Part shown: piece by piece, positions 1 to 8,267 of the stretch
Layout of the letters: every line of letters starts with the position of its first letter
How positions within the stretch are numbered: position 1 is the stretch's first letter
Virus record (IMG/VR): IMGVR_UViG_2061766007_000680
Length of the DNA stretch: 33,617 nucleotides
Direction: 5' to 3' (one strand)
Source: an uncultured virus (IMG/VR IMGVR_UViG_2061766007_000680)
Lineage: Duplodnaviria > Heunggongvirae > Uroviricota > Caudoviricetes
Notes under the pieces: generated by a model
Told to the model about the DNA's origin: nothing
Seen by the model: the letters and a program-made list of their open reading frames with translations, nothing else
The model's database searches: none
Translations under genes and position numbers: made by a program

Positions 1-2
1 CA

Positions 3-101
3 CACAGATATATGCCAGAGGAATACTTTGATGTCACCGTAAACTTCTACAACGAAGAGTTGAAAAAAAAAGTTTATGTTACAAATTTTGTCAACGAGTA
101 A
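3..101 (+). CDS. 3' end of a hypothetical protein (partial)
   Basis: Open frame from the window edge (HRYMPEEYFDVTVNFYNEELKKKVYVTNFVNE*); may join 76..393 across the A9 run at 63-71. Confidence 0.5.
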   Translation, partial: HRYMPEEYFDVTVNFYNEELKKKVYVTNFVNE

Positions 102-393
102 TCCGAATATACGATCAAGAAAACAAGATGTCATATATAGAAATGTAGCATTAGATGACCAAGAAGGAAAACACCTTTTCAACTATTTTAATGTTATCGT
201 TTCTAACATTGATTTAGGAGAACAAGATGCTTCTGCTTTACTATATATGGACTATTGGAGAATTCACGATGACTCTGGCTCTAAATATGAAAAACAACTA
301 TTTAACGATTTGACGCTTAACAGCGAAGAACTTGCATATATCCAAAAGGAACAAATGAAACGTATGGGATGGTATGCAGAGTGCGATGATTAA
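76..393 (+). CDS. hypothetical protein
   Basis: 105-aa ORF in a tightly packed + strand block. Confidence 0.75.
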   Translation: MLQILSTSNPNIRSRKQDVIYRNVALDDQEGKHLFNYFNVIVSNIDLGEQDASALLYMDYWRIHDDSGSKYEKQLFNDLTLNSEELAYIQKEQMKRMGWYAECDD

Positions 394-407
394 AATTAAC
401 AAATAAT

Positions 408-578
408 ATGGAGGGTATTATACATACACAAATTTCTGATCGAGATTTAAGCATAAAATTACAAAAAGACATATTTAATATGGTGACAACTGACAACTTT
501 AAATTGTATGATGAATATGTCAACAACCTTGTAATCCTTGATAAAGACGAAAAAATAGCCCGCGAATTCGTTAATTAA
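408..578 (+). CDS. small hypothetical protein (56 aa)
   Basis: Translated by hand: MEGIIHTQISDRDLSIKLQKDIFNMVTTDNFKLYDEYVNNLVILDKDEKIAREFVN*; fills the gap between neighbours. Confidence 0.7.
   Translation: MEGIIHTQISDRDLSIKLQKDIFNMVTTDNFKLYDEYVNNLVILDKDEKIAREFVN
551..575 (+). repeat. 25-bp direct repeat, copy 1
   Basis: AAAAATAGCCCGCGAATTCGTTAAT; 24/25 identical to 2326-2350. Confidence 0.85.
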
Positions 579-603
579 TTCTTTGGAAATAGATTGAATA
601 AAT

Positions 604-978
604 ATGACAAAAGATAAAAAAATATATAAAATAAACGTTTCTTCAATGTCAATCATTGCTACCTATAATAAGGTTAGCGATATTACACCAGATAGAGATA
701 TATACCGAGTTATTAACGGTAATAAACAAATATTCAAAGACGGATATATGTACCGTAAGGCTTGTGACATAACGATCAATAACGAAACTGGTATAATAAC
801 AGACCTATTATCGGCAAAAAGCAAAAGAGATAAAATCTATGATAAATATGAATATACTATTAACCTTTTAAATAATAGTAACTATACTATCCAGGAAATA
901 TGCGAACTATCCAAAAAACAAGGTATAAAGGTTTGTGAGGCAACCTGTAGAAAATTAAAAAAAGAATATGTATTTTAA
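604..978 (+). CDS. hypothetical protein, possible C-terminal helix-turn-helix
   Basis: 124 aa; C-terminus YTIQEICELSKKQGIKVCEATCRKLKK resembles an HTH. Confidence 0.75.
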   Translation: MTKDKKIYKINVSSMSIIATYNKVSDITPDRDIYRVINGNKQIFKDGYMYRKACDITINNETGIITDLLSAKSKRDKIYDKYEYTINLLNNSNYTIQEICELSKKQGIKVCEATCRKLKKEYVF

Positions 979-993
979 AAAAATAATTAAATT

Positions 994-1299
994 ATGAGAG
1001 TAACATCGTATAAATTAACGCATAAAAAACCAGAAAAAAGTTTTGATTACCTTGGAGGAGGAAATGATAATCAAAATGGCTATAGTTTCGGACTATGGGA
1101 TGAATATTTTTGTTGGAATCAAAATGGTTTTAAAAATGCCCTATATCATTATTTTGAGGCAAATAATAATAACGAAAAGAAAAAAACAAAAGAACGTGTA
1201 GAAAGTTGTTATCCAAAACAATATCCGTGTATTATGAAAATATGGAGTTATGATACCTTTGAAGGGTATAGATTATACGCAGACTTTTATTACATTTAA
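994..1299 (+). CDS. hypothetical protein
   Basis: 101-aa ORF with A-rich leader. Confidence 0.8.
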   Translation: MRVTSYKLTHKKPEKSFDYLGGGNDNQNGYSFGLWDEYFCWNQNGFKNALYHYFEANNNNEKKKTKERVESCYPKQYPCIMKIWSYDTFEGYRLYADFYYI

Positions 1300-1316
1300 A
1301 ATTATAAAAATAAGTT

Positions 1317-1463
1317 ATGTATAAATTAATAACTATATGCTGTAATAATTGTGGTAGAGCATTTGATTTTACACCACGCGATATTGAAGAGGGGCGAACA
1401 TCAACAGGAAACGTTGTACCATACGTTGAATGCCCCTATTGTGATAACCCTCAAAACCCTTAG
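1317..1463 (+). CDS. small zinc-ribbon protein (48 aa; 59 aa to 1496 if TAG is read through)
   Basis: MYKLITICCNNCGRAFDFTPRDIEEGRTSTGNVVPYVECPYCDNPQNP*; two CxxC motifs. Confidence 0.75.
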   Translation: MYKLITICCNNCGRAFDFTPRDIEEGRTSTGNVVPYVECPYCDNPQNP

Positions 1464-1501
1464 AAACAGAGAAGATTAAGGACTATAGACTATTAATAAT
1501 T

Positions 1502-2323
1502 ATGAAAATATACAGAGCAATATTTAAATACAATAACGGAGAGTCATTTGAATATCTACAGTGGTATGAAAAATATTCTCCCTGGTACAGTAGTAAAAAC
1601 TTGGCAGCAAAACACTTGCCACTATTAGAAAAACTGAAAGATTATATTTGTTTTCAAACATCTAGTTGTAATTTTGAATACCTAGACCCATATATCGAAG
1701 AAACTGAGGTATATGATTGTGTGCAAACATTGGTTTTTGATAACATAGACGAAGATAGATTTAATAAATTTGAATATGTGCCATACGAAGGAAAATATGA
1801 AATAACATCCAGTGAATTTGAAAGCGTCGGGTCAGAATGGTCTGTATATCTAACAATAGACAATAATGTGCACTATCTTGTTAATTTCACTTCTTATTAT
1901 GGAAAACCAGAATTTAAAATTAAAAAGGGCTATAATAGGACGCAAGGATATGATCATACCGAACTATATTATAAGTATGATAAACAAACTAAAGAAAAGT
2001 TAGATAACATAGTTAATAATATAGCAAATGAGTTGTTTAGGTATTATAAGGATTTTACAGAATCGGAGACAAACTATATGAGGCTGCTAGATAATTCTAA
2101 AACGGATGGTGAATACAACGCAATATGGACTGATATGTGGAAAGACCGACTCATCATATTTATACACATCGCCGAGAAATTTAACTTATCAATAACAAAG
2201 GAGTATAAAAATAGTTACAATACCAGATATATGGAATTATTCGAAAAACACAACGAATTTAAATTACTAAAATTGGTTAATGAATTTCTATCTATTACAA
2301 AAGAAAATGAAACAATCAGATAG
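1502..2323 (+). CDS. hypothetical protein
   Basis: 273-aa ORF ending in TAG. Confidence 0.85.
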   Translation: MKIYRAIFKYNNGESFEYLQWYEKYSPWYSSKNLAAKHLPLLEKLKDYICFQTSSCNFEYLDPYIEETEVYDCVQTLVFDNIDEDRFNKFEYVPYEGKYEITSSEFESVGSEWSVYLTIDNNVHYLVNFTSYYGKPEFKIKKGYNRTQGYDHTELYYKYDKQTKEKLDNIVNNIANELFRYYKDFTESETNYMRLLDNSKTDGEYNAIWTDMWKDRLIIFIHIAEKFNLSITKEYKNSYNTRYMELFEKHNEFKLLKLVNEFLSITKENETIR

Positions 2324-2325
2324 AG

Positions 2326-2350
2326 AAAAATAGCCCGCGAATTCGCTAAT
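2326..2350 (+). repeat. 25-bp direct repeat, copy 2
   Basis: AAAAATAGCCCGCGAATTCGCTAAT; see 551-575. Confidence 0.85.
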
Positions 2351-2582
2351 AAATAGGGGTGTTTTTCACAAAAAAGTTACAGATATGACTGTCATTTTGT
2401 AAAAATTTTCTAAAAAAAAAAATAAAAATTTTTTCCAGGGCCCCCAAGTACTAACACCTACCCTCAATACCGTGGAACAATTTACCCCAAAAATGATCTC
2501 TGATTAAGATTATATTTATAAAACTAAAAATTTCCCTATAGGAAAAATTAAAAATAGGTGTTAAATTTTAAGATTTTGTGTC

Positions 2583-2810
2583 GTGGAACAAAAATCAAAA
2601 TACATAATAGAGAGTTGTGATGGCGTTCGGAAGATCGTTGATGGCCATTTAATGGATGCGGTACATCAGGTAGACCCAAGCATTACGAATGATATATTAT
2701 CAGATTTGGATGATTGGGAAAGTTCGTATGAAGGTATAATGGATCATGAGAGATATGATAGTTATGCGGTATTTGGGAATGATACAGAATTGTCTCCTAA
2801 TTTATTATGA
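2583..2810 (+). CDS. hypothetical acidic protein
   Basis: 75-aa ORF; GTG start uncertain. Confidence 0.6.
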   Translation: MEQKSKYIIESCDGVRKIVDGHLMDAVHQVDPSITNDILSDLDDWESSYEGIMDHERYDSYAVFGNDTELSPNLL

Positions 2811-2828
2811 TGTATATATTTATTATAT

Positions 2829-3035
2829 ATGAAAATTAAGTCAATAGATGATAAGGTGTTAAGTTATGAAATTGTGGTTAATGGTAATGATTATTATCAC
2901 AACATGTGTCACGATGGTGAGTTGCGTGAGTCAAGGCCTTATCTTTCAGTCTATGAAAGTAGTTATCACGGTTTGATATGTGACGATAAAGAATTGATGT
3001 CTATGTTACTGTTACAAGGAAAGTATGGTTTGTGA
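2829..3035 (+). CDS. hypothetical protein
   Basis: 68-aa ORF overlapping the next start by 11 nt. Confidence 0.65.
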   Translation: MKIKSIDDKVLSYEIVVNGNDYYHNMCHDGELRESRPYLSVYESSYHGLICDDKELMSMLLLQGKYGL

Positions 3036-3303
3036 TTCAGAATACATATACAATGATACAGGGGAGAAGGTGCAGTACAAGTCTAAGTGTTTATTAGATG
3101 ATGATCAATCTCCTATGGAATACAAGGCTGGTGATGGTCAATTGGCGACGAATTTTTATTATACGGATCCGTTAGTTACCTGTATTGATTTAATGTCCGA
3201 TGATTTATGTTTTTTTGATTTAATAGATGGTGATGAGGAGTTGAGTGATGAGCAGAATGAGATTAGTATATTTCATTCTATAGGTAGTGATAATTTTGTA
3301 TAG
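3025..3303 (+). CDS. hypothetical acidic protein (possibly N-terminal half of a 182-aa TAG read-through protein 3025..3573)
   Basis: 92 aa; TAG-GGT-ATG junction is in frame with 3307..3573. Confidence 0.7.
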   Translation: MVCDSEYIYNDTGEKVQYKSKCLLDDDQSPMEYKAGDGQLATNFYYTDPLVTCIDLMSDDLCFFDLIDGDEELSDEQNEISIFHSIGSDNFV

Positions 3304-3306
3304 GGT

Positions 3307-3573
3307 ATGAAAGGTGTTTATGGTGGGATAGTAACAGGTGGTTTTAATCAAGATAGATGCATTGGTGGTTATGAATCGTGGATAGAGAATGCCAGCAAGT
3401 GTTTTGATGGCCACATATATAAGAGCACACCGTATATAGATGAGTTAAGTAAGGCTGTATTAGAAAACAATGATATAAATGCTGCTTCTTTGATATACGA
3501 GGATTTCACTGACTCTGTGAACTGGAATGATTTTGACAAGGATGACTATTTTCATAACGACAGAAGGATATGA
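3307..3573 (+). CDS. hypothetical acidic protein (possibly C-terminal half of 3025..3573)
   Basis: 88 aa; same frame as the preceding ORF, no A-rich leader of its own. Confidence 0.65.
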   Translation: MKGVYGGIVTGGFNQDRCIGGYESWIENASKCFDGHIYKSTPYIDELSKAVLENNDINAASLIYEDFTDSVNWNDFDKDDYFHNDRRI

Positions 3574-3577
3574 TTAG

Positions 3578-3596
3578 AGGCTCATAGCCTTTTTTT
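3578..3596 (+). terminator. short intrinsic terminator ending the + strand block
   Basis: AGGCT-CAT-AGCCT followed by a T run. Confidence 0.6.
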
Positions 3597-3611
3597 GTAT
3601 ATACACATAGA

Positions 3612-3633
3612 TATGTACCCAGATGAGTCTATA
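3612..3633. repeat. 22-bp palindromic motif, copy 1
   Basis: TATGTACCCAGATGAGTCTATA, between convergent terminators. Confidence 0.8.
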
Positions 3634-3668
3634 TATTTTCAATATAGCCAGATATAATATTATGTCAT

Positions 3669-3700
3669 AAAAAAGCACTTGCTCGTGAGAGTAGGTGCTT
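3669..3700 (-). terminator. intrinsic terminator
   Basis: AAGCACTTGCTC-GTGA-GAGTAGGTGCTT stem with adjacent A run (U tail on - strand). Confidence 0.8.
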
Positions 3701-3737
3701 CCAATATAAATTCTAAATTCAAAGTAATGTATTATTA

Positions 3738-4091
3738 TTAGTAATACATAGAGTTAAATTGTTTCTCGACGTAGAAAGGATTCTTGAAGTTATATGTCAT
3801 TTCTATCATCTTTTCGTTTAGTTCCTCGAATGATTCGCCGTCTACTAGTTTAGTCATTGGGCTATCGCTAGATAAGTATATAGCCAATGCTTCCTCGCCA
3901 TCTACTGTAAGTGTATTAGATGAATTAACCCATTCATAAGGTTTGGATGATATACCGAGTTCGAATTCTGTATTGAACGTCATGATGGCATATATTCGTC
4001 TAACTGGACCTGGTTTTTTACTGTAGGAATCCTTCAGTTGATCAGTGAAGAGGTGCTCGAAGGTAAGTTTCTTTTTATTATCCATGGACAT
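3738..4091 (-). CDS. hypothetical protein
   Basis: Track ORF 3738..4124 restarted at MSMDNKKK, next to the upstream stop. Confidence 0.8.
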   Translation of the reverse strand: MSMDNKKKLTFEHLFTDQLKDSYSKKPGPVRRIYAIMTFNTEFELGISSKPYEWVNSSNTLTVDGEEALAIYLSSDSPMTKLVDGESFEELNEKMIEMTYNFKNPFYVEKQFNSMYY

Positions 4092-4287
4092 ATATTTTAA
4101 TGTAGGAAATGATATCGTATACACAGAAGAAAAAGTTGCCTACACAGAAGAAAAAGTTGCCCAATCCAAGGAATAGCATCCATAGATTATGGGTTCCATA
4201 GTCTACCCAATCCATAAAGTATTTTGTTAGGCAGAGCACTGCCGCAATTGCTGCGAGTAGAATAACGAGTATATAAATACCTTGCAT
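4078..4287 (-). CDS. small membrane protein
   Basis: 69 aa, two hydrophobic segments, internal GNFFFCV duplication. Confidence 0.75.
   Translation of the reverse strand: MQGIYILVILLAAIAAVLCLTKYFMDWVDYGTHNLWMLFLGLGNFFFCVGNFFFCVYDIISYIKIYVHG
4120..4161. repeat. perfect 2 x 21-bp tandem duplication
   Basis: TACACAGAAGAAAAAGTTGCC at 4120-4140 and 4141-4161. Confidence 0.95.
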
Positions 4288-4294
4288 AATCTGA

Positions 4295-4450
4295 TTAAAT
4301 AATTAAACAAACAATAAGATCAACAATCGCCATAAATAAATTAATGATGGCCAGGAAAAGTTGTATTTTATTACCAGTTTTCCCATAACCAATTAAGCCG
4401 AAGACTCCTACGAATAGTGCGAATAGTGCTGCACAAAATAATCCTATCAT
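4295..4450 (-). CDS. small two-helix membrane protein (51 aa)
   Basis: MIGLFCAALFALFVGVFGLIGYGKTGNKIQLFLAIINLFMAIVDLIVCLII*. Confidence 0.75.
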   Translation of the reverse strand: MIGLFCAALFALFVGVFGLIGYGKTGNKIQLFLAIINLFMAIVDLIVCLII

Positions 4451-4471
4451 AAATTAAAAATATTAGTTATT

Positions 4472-4590
4472 AAAAAACGGCCCAAGGTGGGGTTGATCCC
4501 CGTAATAAAAATGCTTCTCCCCCGCAACATTATTGTCTTTGGAGACTACTTGAGAATTACTCACCACCTGAGGCCTTAACGAACATGAAA
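4472..4590 (-). ncRNA. candidate structured RNA (multibranch, about 100-120 nt)
   Basis: Own class-I promoter at 4595; closing stem GGCCUCAGGUGG/CCACCUUGGGCC (11/12 pairs) enclosing several hairpins; followed by U6; no ORF. Confidence 0.55.
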
Positions 4591-4669
4591 CAGTACAAAG
4601 ATACTAATTTATTTTGATATATATAAATTTTCGATAAATAAAATTCGTTTTTTTAGTATAGTTGTGATT

Positions 4670-4691
4670 TATATACCCAGATGAGTCTATA
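4670..4691. repeat. 22-bp palindromic motif, copy 2
   Basis: TATATACCCAGATGAGTCTATA, 4 nt past the stop of 4696..5271. Confidence 0.85.
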
Positions 4692-4695
4692 TATT

Positions 4696-5271
4696 TTATT
4701 TAACTGGAATTATAATATTTACTCCTCCGCCAATATTAAAACCTGTTTTATTGGTTAATGCAAAGTCAATATTAAAGCCTATATGTTTACTTATTGGAAG
4801 TATAAAGGTTACCCATCCGCCATACATTACTTTACTATCTTTATTTGATGTAAACCAGGCGTTTTCACGCATATTGATCACATTTGGGTTGTCAATCATC
4901 CATTTACCACATAATACACCAGCGCCTAAATATCTACCTATTAATAGTCCAGCCCTTACATCCCATAATGGAAGGCTATAATTACTTATTGCTACGTTTG
5001 TTCCAGAGGATGTTTCAACGAACTTCTTAGGTATTAGATAGCCATCAAATCCCGCAGTAACACCAAAGATGCCATCAAAATGGTATAGAAGCGAGGCACC
5101 ATACGTAAATGCGTCGTAATTGAAACCATATCCGAAACGTGTTATAACACCCGCATATGTTGATCCCTTATCTTTTGATTCTTGAATCTTCCTGTCAAGG
5201 AAATATTCATCAGAATAAATATTACTTACTGAAGTAATAGTCAGCGCTAATATGATAAAAAGTTTTTTCAT
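4696..5271 (-). CDS. secreted/outer-membrane beta-barrel protein
   Basis: Signal peptide MKKLFIILALTITSVSNIYS; alternating Gly/aromatic amphipathic strands (GVITRFGYGF, GFNIDFAL, FNIGGGVNIII). Confidence 0.75.
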   Translation of the reverse strand: MKKLFIILALTITSVSNIYSDEYFLDRKIQESKDKGSTYAGVITRFGYGFNYDAFTYGASLLYHFDGIFGVTAGFDGYLIPKKFVETSSGTNVAISNYSLPLWDVRAGLLIGRYLGAGVLCGKWMIDNPNVINMRENAWFTSNKDSKVMYGGWVTFILPISKHIGFNIDFALTNKTGFNIGGGVNIIIPVK

Positions 5272-5295
5272 AATGTTAAATTTTTTATATGTTTA

Positions 5296-5889
5296 TTAAT
5301 AAAGTTTATTTACTGATTTAATACTGAAGTCTTCAGGTGAAGCGAAAATGGGCTCCTTGATTAACAGGGTGAGGAACTCTTCATACCCGTTGCAATAGTG
5401 GAATATCTTTTTGTCGAGTGCACTACCCTTTTTAATCCCTAAGTAATTACGTGTGGACAATGCAATTGTTACCACTTCAGTGTCCAATGGTTTCTGGACA
5501 AGGCACTCAGCGTAGTTGTATTTCTGGTCTACCTTAGGCATCTCAGGTTCAGGAACTACCTCCTCGCAATCTTCAAGCTCTAAGATATTCACATGAGTCA
5601 ATTTACGATAGATAGTCAGATATCTGTCCAACGTTTCTAAGAACTTCAGATACGTGCTAGACTCGATTACACTATCTCCACCCCATCCATCATTCCAGAC
5701 TCGTCCTATCCTCGTTATTTCAAGGAAGCCTTGTTCGGTGCTTTGGACATATAATTCGGCATTAAATGGTAGACTATCGTCATGTCTAAATGTTTCTACA
5801 ATTTTCTTAAGCGTAATCTTTAGATCCTTATTAATTTCGCATGTTATAGAGTCTTTCTCTTCAATGTTTTGCTTTTTAGTTCTTGCCAT
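5296..5889 (-). CDS. hypothetical protein
   Basis: 197 aa behind promoter 5913. Confidence 0.85.
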   Translation of the reverse strand: MARTKKQNIEEKDSITCEINKDLKITLKKIVETFRHDDSLPFNAELYVQSTEQGFLEITRIGRVWNDGWGGDSVIESSTYLKFLETLDRYLTIYRKLTHVNILELEDCEEVVPEPEMPKVDQKYNYAECLVQKPLDTEVVTIALSTRNYLGIKKGSALDKKIFHYCNGYEEFLTLLIKEPIFASPEDFSIKSVNKLY

Positions 5890-6032
5890 AGTATCTGAAT
5901 TTCAATTACGTTGCAAAAGTAGTAATTTTATTTTATATATAAAAATTTTAAAGAAAAAAAGTAATTATTTACTCCAAAATTTTTTTAATTCAATTATTTT
6001 CTTTTATTTGGCCATATAGGTGAGTAAATGGT

Positions 6033-6064
6033 AAAAAAAATGCGGGCAGACATTGCCACCCGCA
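6033..6064 (-). terminator. intrinsic terminator (GGCAG-family hairpin)
   Basis: TGCGGGCAGACATTGCCACCCGCA plus A8. Confidence 0.8.
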
Positions 6065-6089
6065 CCCAACTAAACAATTACCACTATGG

Positions 6090-6956
6090 TTACTCCGCCT
6101 TAGAGTAGGCGTTTTTCTTAATGTCGTCGAGGATTTCTGTGATAGTCATATCCTGGTTCAATTGTTCGAGAACCTTTCTAAGGCTAATCTCCGCCTCGAA
6201 CTTACCGTCAGGATTATTATACTGTTCAATATATTTAAACAGTGTACGCAGACCGAACTTGATGTTCTTACTGTCTTTGAAGATAATTGTACGGCTGTCT
6301 ATATCCAGGTTCTTCAGAGAAATCTTATTCGGGTCAGTTCCCTCATCAGACAGTTTCTTCTGAGCCTTAATAATCTCCTTGTATACAACATCCTCATTGT
6401 GATTGTTTGCCTGGAGCATTTTACGTACATCTACAGCGGTGATTACGCCGTCACGTATCAGAGCCTGGAGTTCTGGCTTCAACTCCAGTAACTGCAACCA
6501 GTAGGAAACCATGCCTGGATTTTTACCCAGTTTCCTGGCAATCTCAGATTTAGTTAGACCGCACTGGTCTTGTAACTTACGAGCTAACAGTCCCCACTCA
6601 TATTCATTGAAATTTTTACCCTCGTTACGAAGAGCTTGCTGTATCAATAGTTCCTCTTCTGTACAGCTCTTGGATAGGAACAACGCTGGAATACGCGCAA
6701 TCTCAGAACCCTCCTCAATGAGTTTCATCACAGCCCTGTAACGGCGTTCACCGTCAATCAGACGATACTTTTCCTCACCGTTTTCATCTTTGAATGCCTG
6801 TACAGATACTGGGTTCAGAACGCCCTGCTCTTTAATCTGACGAGCTAGTTCATCCAAGTCGCCGTAGTTACAACGAGAGTTAAAACCTTTTGTTACAACA
6901 ATGTTTCTTGGGTCTATCTTAAAGATATCCGTTTTTGTAGTCTTGTTATTTGCCAT
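6090..6956 (-). CDS. parB: ParB/RepB/Spo0J-family protein (ParB/Srx N-terminal domain plus HTH)
   Basis: LDELARQIKEQGVLNPVSV, YRLIDGERRYRA arginine patch, QALRN, HTH GLTKSEIARKLGKNPGMVSYWLQLL. Confidence 0.9.
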   Translation of the reverse strand: MANNKTTKTDIFKIDPRNIVVTKGFNSRCNYGDLDELARQIKEQGVLNPVSVQAFKDENGEEKYRLIDGERRYRAVMKLIEEGSEIARIPALFLSKSCTEEELLIQQALRNEGKNFNEYEWGLLARKLQDQCGLTKSEIARKLGKNPGMVSYWLQLLELKPELQALIRDGVITAVDVRKMLQANNHNEDVVYKEIIKAQKKLSDEGTDPNKISLKNLDIDSRTIIFKDSKNIKFGLRTLFKYIEQYNNPDGKFEAEISLRKVLEQLNQDMTITEILDDIKKNAYSKAE

Positions 6957-7821
6957 AGTGATTATTTTTATATTTTTTATTTAATTCTTCTTGACGTTGA
7001 TTATTTTTCATCTCATAATATTCTGGATAGTAGAAACCTTTGTGGTCATCTTTATCCTGGAACTGTCCAAAGTTTGAATGTTTGTTCAGGAACTTCACGA
7101 GTTTCATATCCTCAATTGAGTACCATACTGCTTTTGTACTGTCGTCTTCTACGTTCAGATACTCTACACCAGTTTCATAACGAGGCCATCTATTATCTCC
7201 ACAGTTAATTACTGGACGAGCTTTGACATACTTACGGAACCTGAAAGCGATGTATTTAATAATCATCTTATACAGTATTCCTACAATATGTGCCTCCCAG
7301 AAATTTTCTACTGGCTTCTGAATATCATAGTACCAGATTTCTCCAAACAGCCATTTCAGGAAGCCCTGACTGGTTTCTGACAGTCCATACTCTGCGATAC
7401 GACGATTATGTTTCAGGCGTAGAAGAGTGTCCATTTCCCTGAATACTGTGAAATCAACAGAGCAATAACTGTGCTGGTTCTTCTTGGTTACTACCAAAGG
7501 AAGTGTATCTGGTTCCTCGCCGTGTTTTACTGTGGATACATTGGAACGTGACGGCTTGAATTTATCAATCCAGTCAATCTTATCTCCGAAGAACTGTACG
7601 GTATATACTTTCTTTTCCGTGTCTTTAATAATCCACAGTCCGAACTTCCAGTACGGTATTTCTTTTATTTTGAAATGTACAACAGAGTTCTGTCCCAGGT
7701 CGAAAAGGAAATACCCATTACCAACTTGTACATCAGTAACAGTGAATCCATGTTCTTTCAGACACTGAAAGCACGCATCTTTAATTTTAGTCTTAGATAG
7801 TTTTCCTATTTTTAATGGCAT
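6946..7821 (-). CDS. hypothetical protein
   Basis: 291 aa, overlaps the parB start by 11 nt. Confidence 0.85.
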   Translation of the reverse strand: MPLKIGKLSKTKIKDACFQCLKEHGFTVTDVQVGNGYFLFDLGQNSVVHFKIKEIPYWKFGLWIIKDTEKKVYTVQFFGDKIDWIDKFKPSRSNVSTVKHGEEPDTLPLVVTKKNQHSYCSVDFTVFREMDTLLRLKHNRRIAEYGLSETSQGFLKWLFGEIWYYDIQKPVENFWEAHIVGILYKMIIKYIAFRFRKYVKARPVINCGDNRWPRYETGVEYLNVEDDSTKAVWYSIEDMKLVKFLNKHSNFGQFQDKDDHKGFYYPEYYEMKNNQRQEELNKKYKNNHYGK

Positions 7822-7840
7822 AATATTAATTGCTGTTAAT

Positions 7841-7862
7841 TATAGACCCAAATGAGTCTATA
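7841..7862. repeat. 22-bp palindromic motif, copy 3
   Basis: TATAGACCCAAATGAGTCTATA, the most symmetric copy. Confidence 0.9.
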
Positions 7863-7870
7863 TCTTTTTA

Positions 7871-8143
7871 CTATACCCTGATTTTAATAGTTAGTCCTTT
7901 TGCCTCACTATTTTTTGGCTCCACCTTTGGCTTTGGGTTGTTAGTGTCAAAGATTACATTACCGAGTTGGTCAATTACAAATATCTTGTATTGGAAACGA
8001 TTCCGTAACATTGTAATTATATTATTAACCTCATCCTCTTTAAATTGAAAGAGTTTAACACTAGTTGTCGAATAACCAAAATTATCACATGTGCTAACGT
8101 ATCTTGGGTTATCAACCGTTCCTAATCCTACACAATACATCAT
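7871..8143 (-). CDS. hypothetical protein
   Basis: 90 aa behind promoter 8172; ends TAG TAA. Confidence 0.8.
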   Translation of the reverse strand: MMYCVGLGTVDNPRYVSTCDNFGYSTTSVKLFQFKEDEVNNIITMLRNRFQYKIFVIDQLGNVIFDTNNPKPKVEPKNSEAKGLTIKIRV

Positions 8144-8223
8144 AAGTTTAATTCAATTTTTAAATCCGACTGCAAAGATACAAAAAATATTTTAAATGTA
8201 AAAATTTTAGAGAGATAAAATGT

Positions 8224-8260
8224 AAAAAAATTATGCGTGAGGGCTTTTACACCCCCACGC
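8224..8260 (-). terminator. intrinsic terminator
   Basis: GCGTGAGGG...CCCCCACGC stem with nearby A7. Confidence 0.65.
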
Positions 8261-8267
8261 CTTGCGA

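Noticed and set aside
4479..4575. Canonical tRNA
   Set aside because: No 7-nt anticodon loop on a 5-bp stem, no TTCRA loop and no CCA; kept only as a candidate ncRNA
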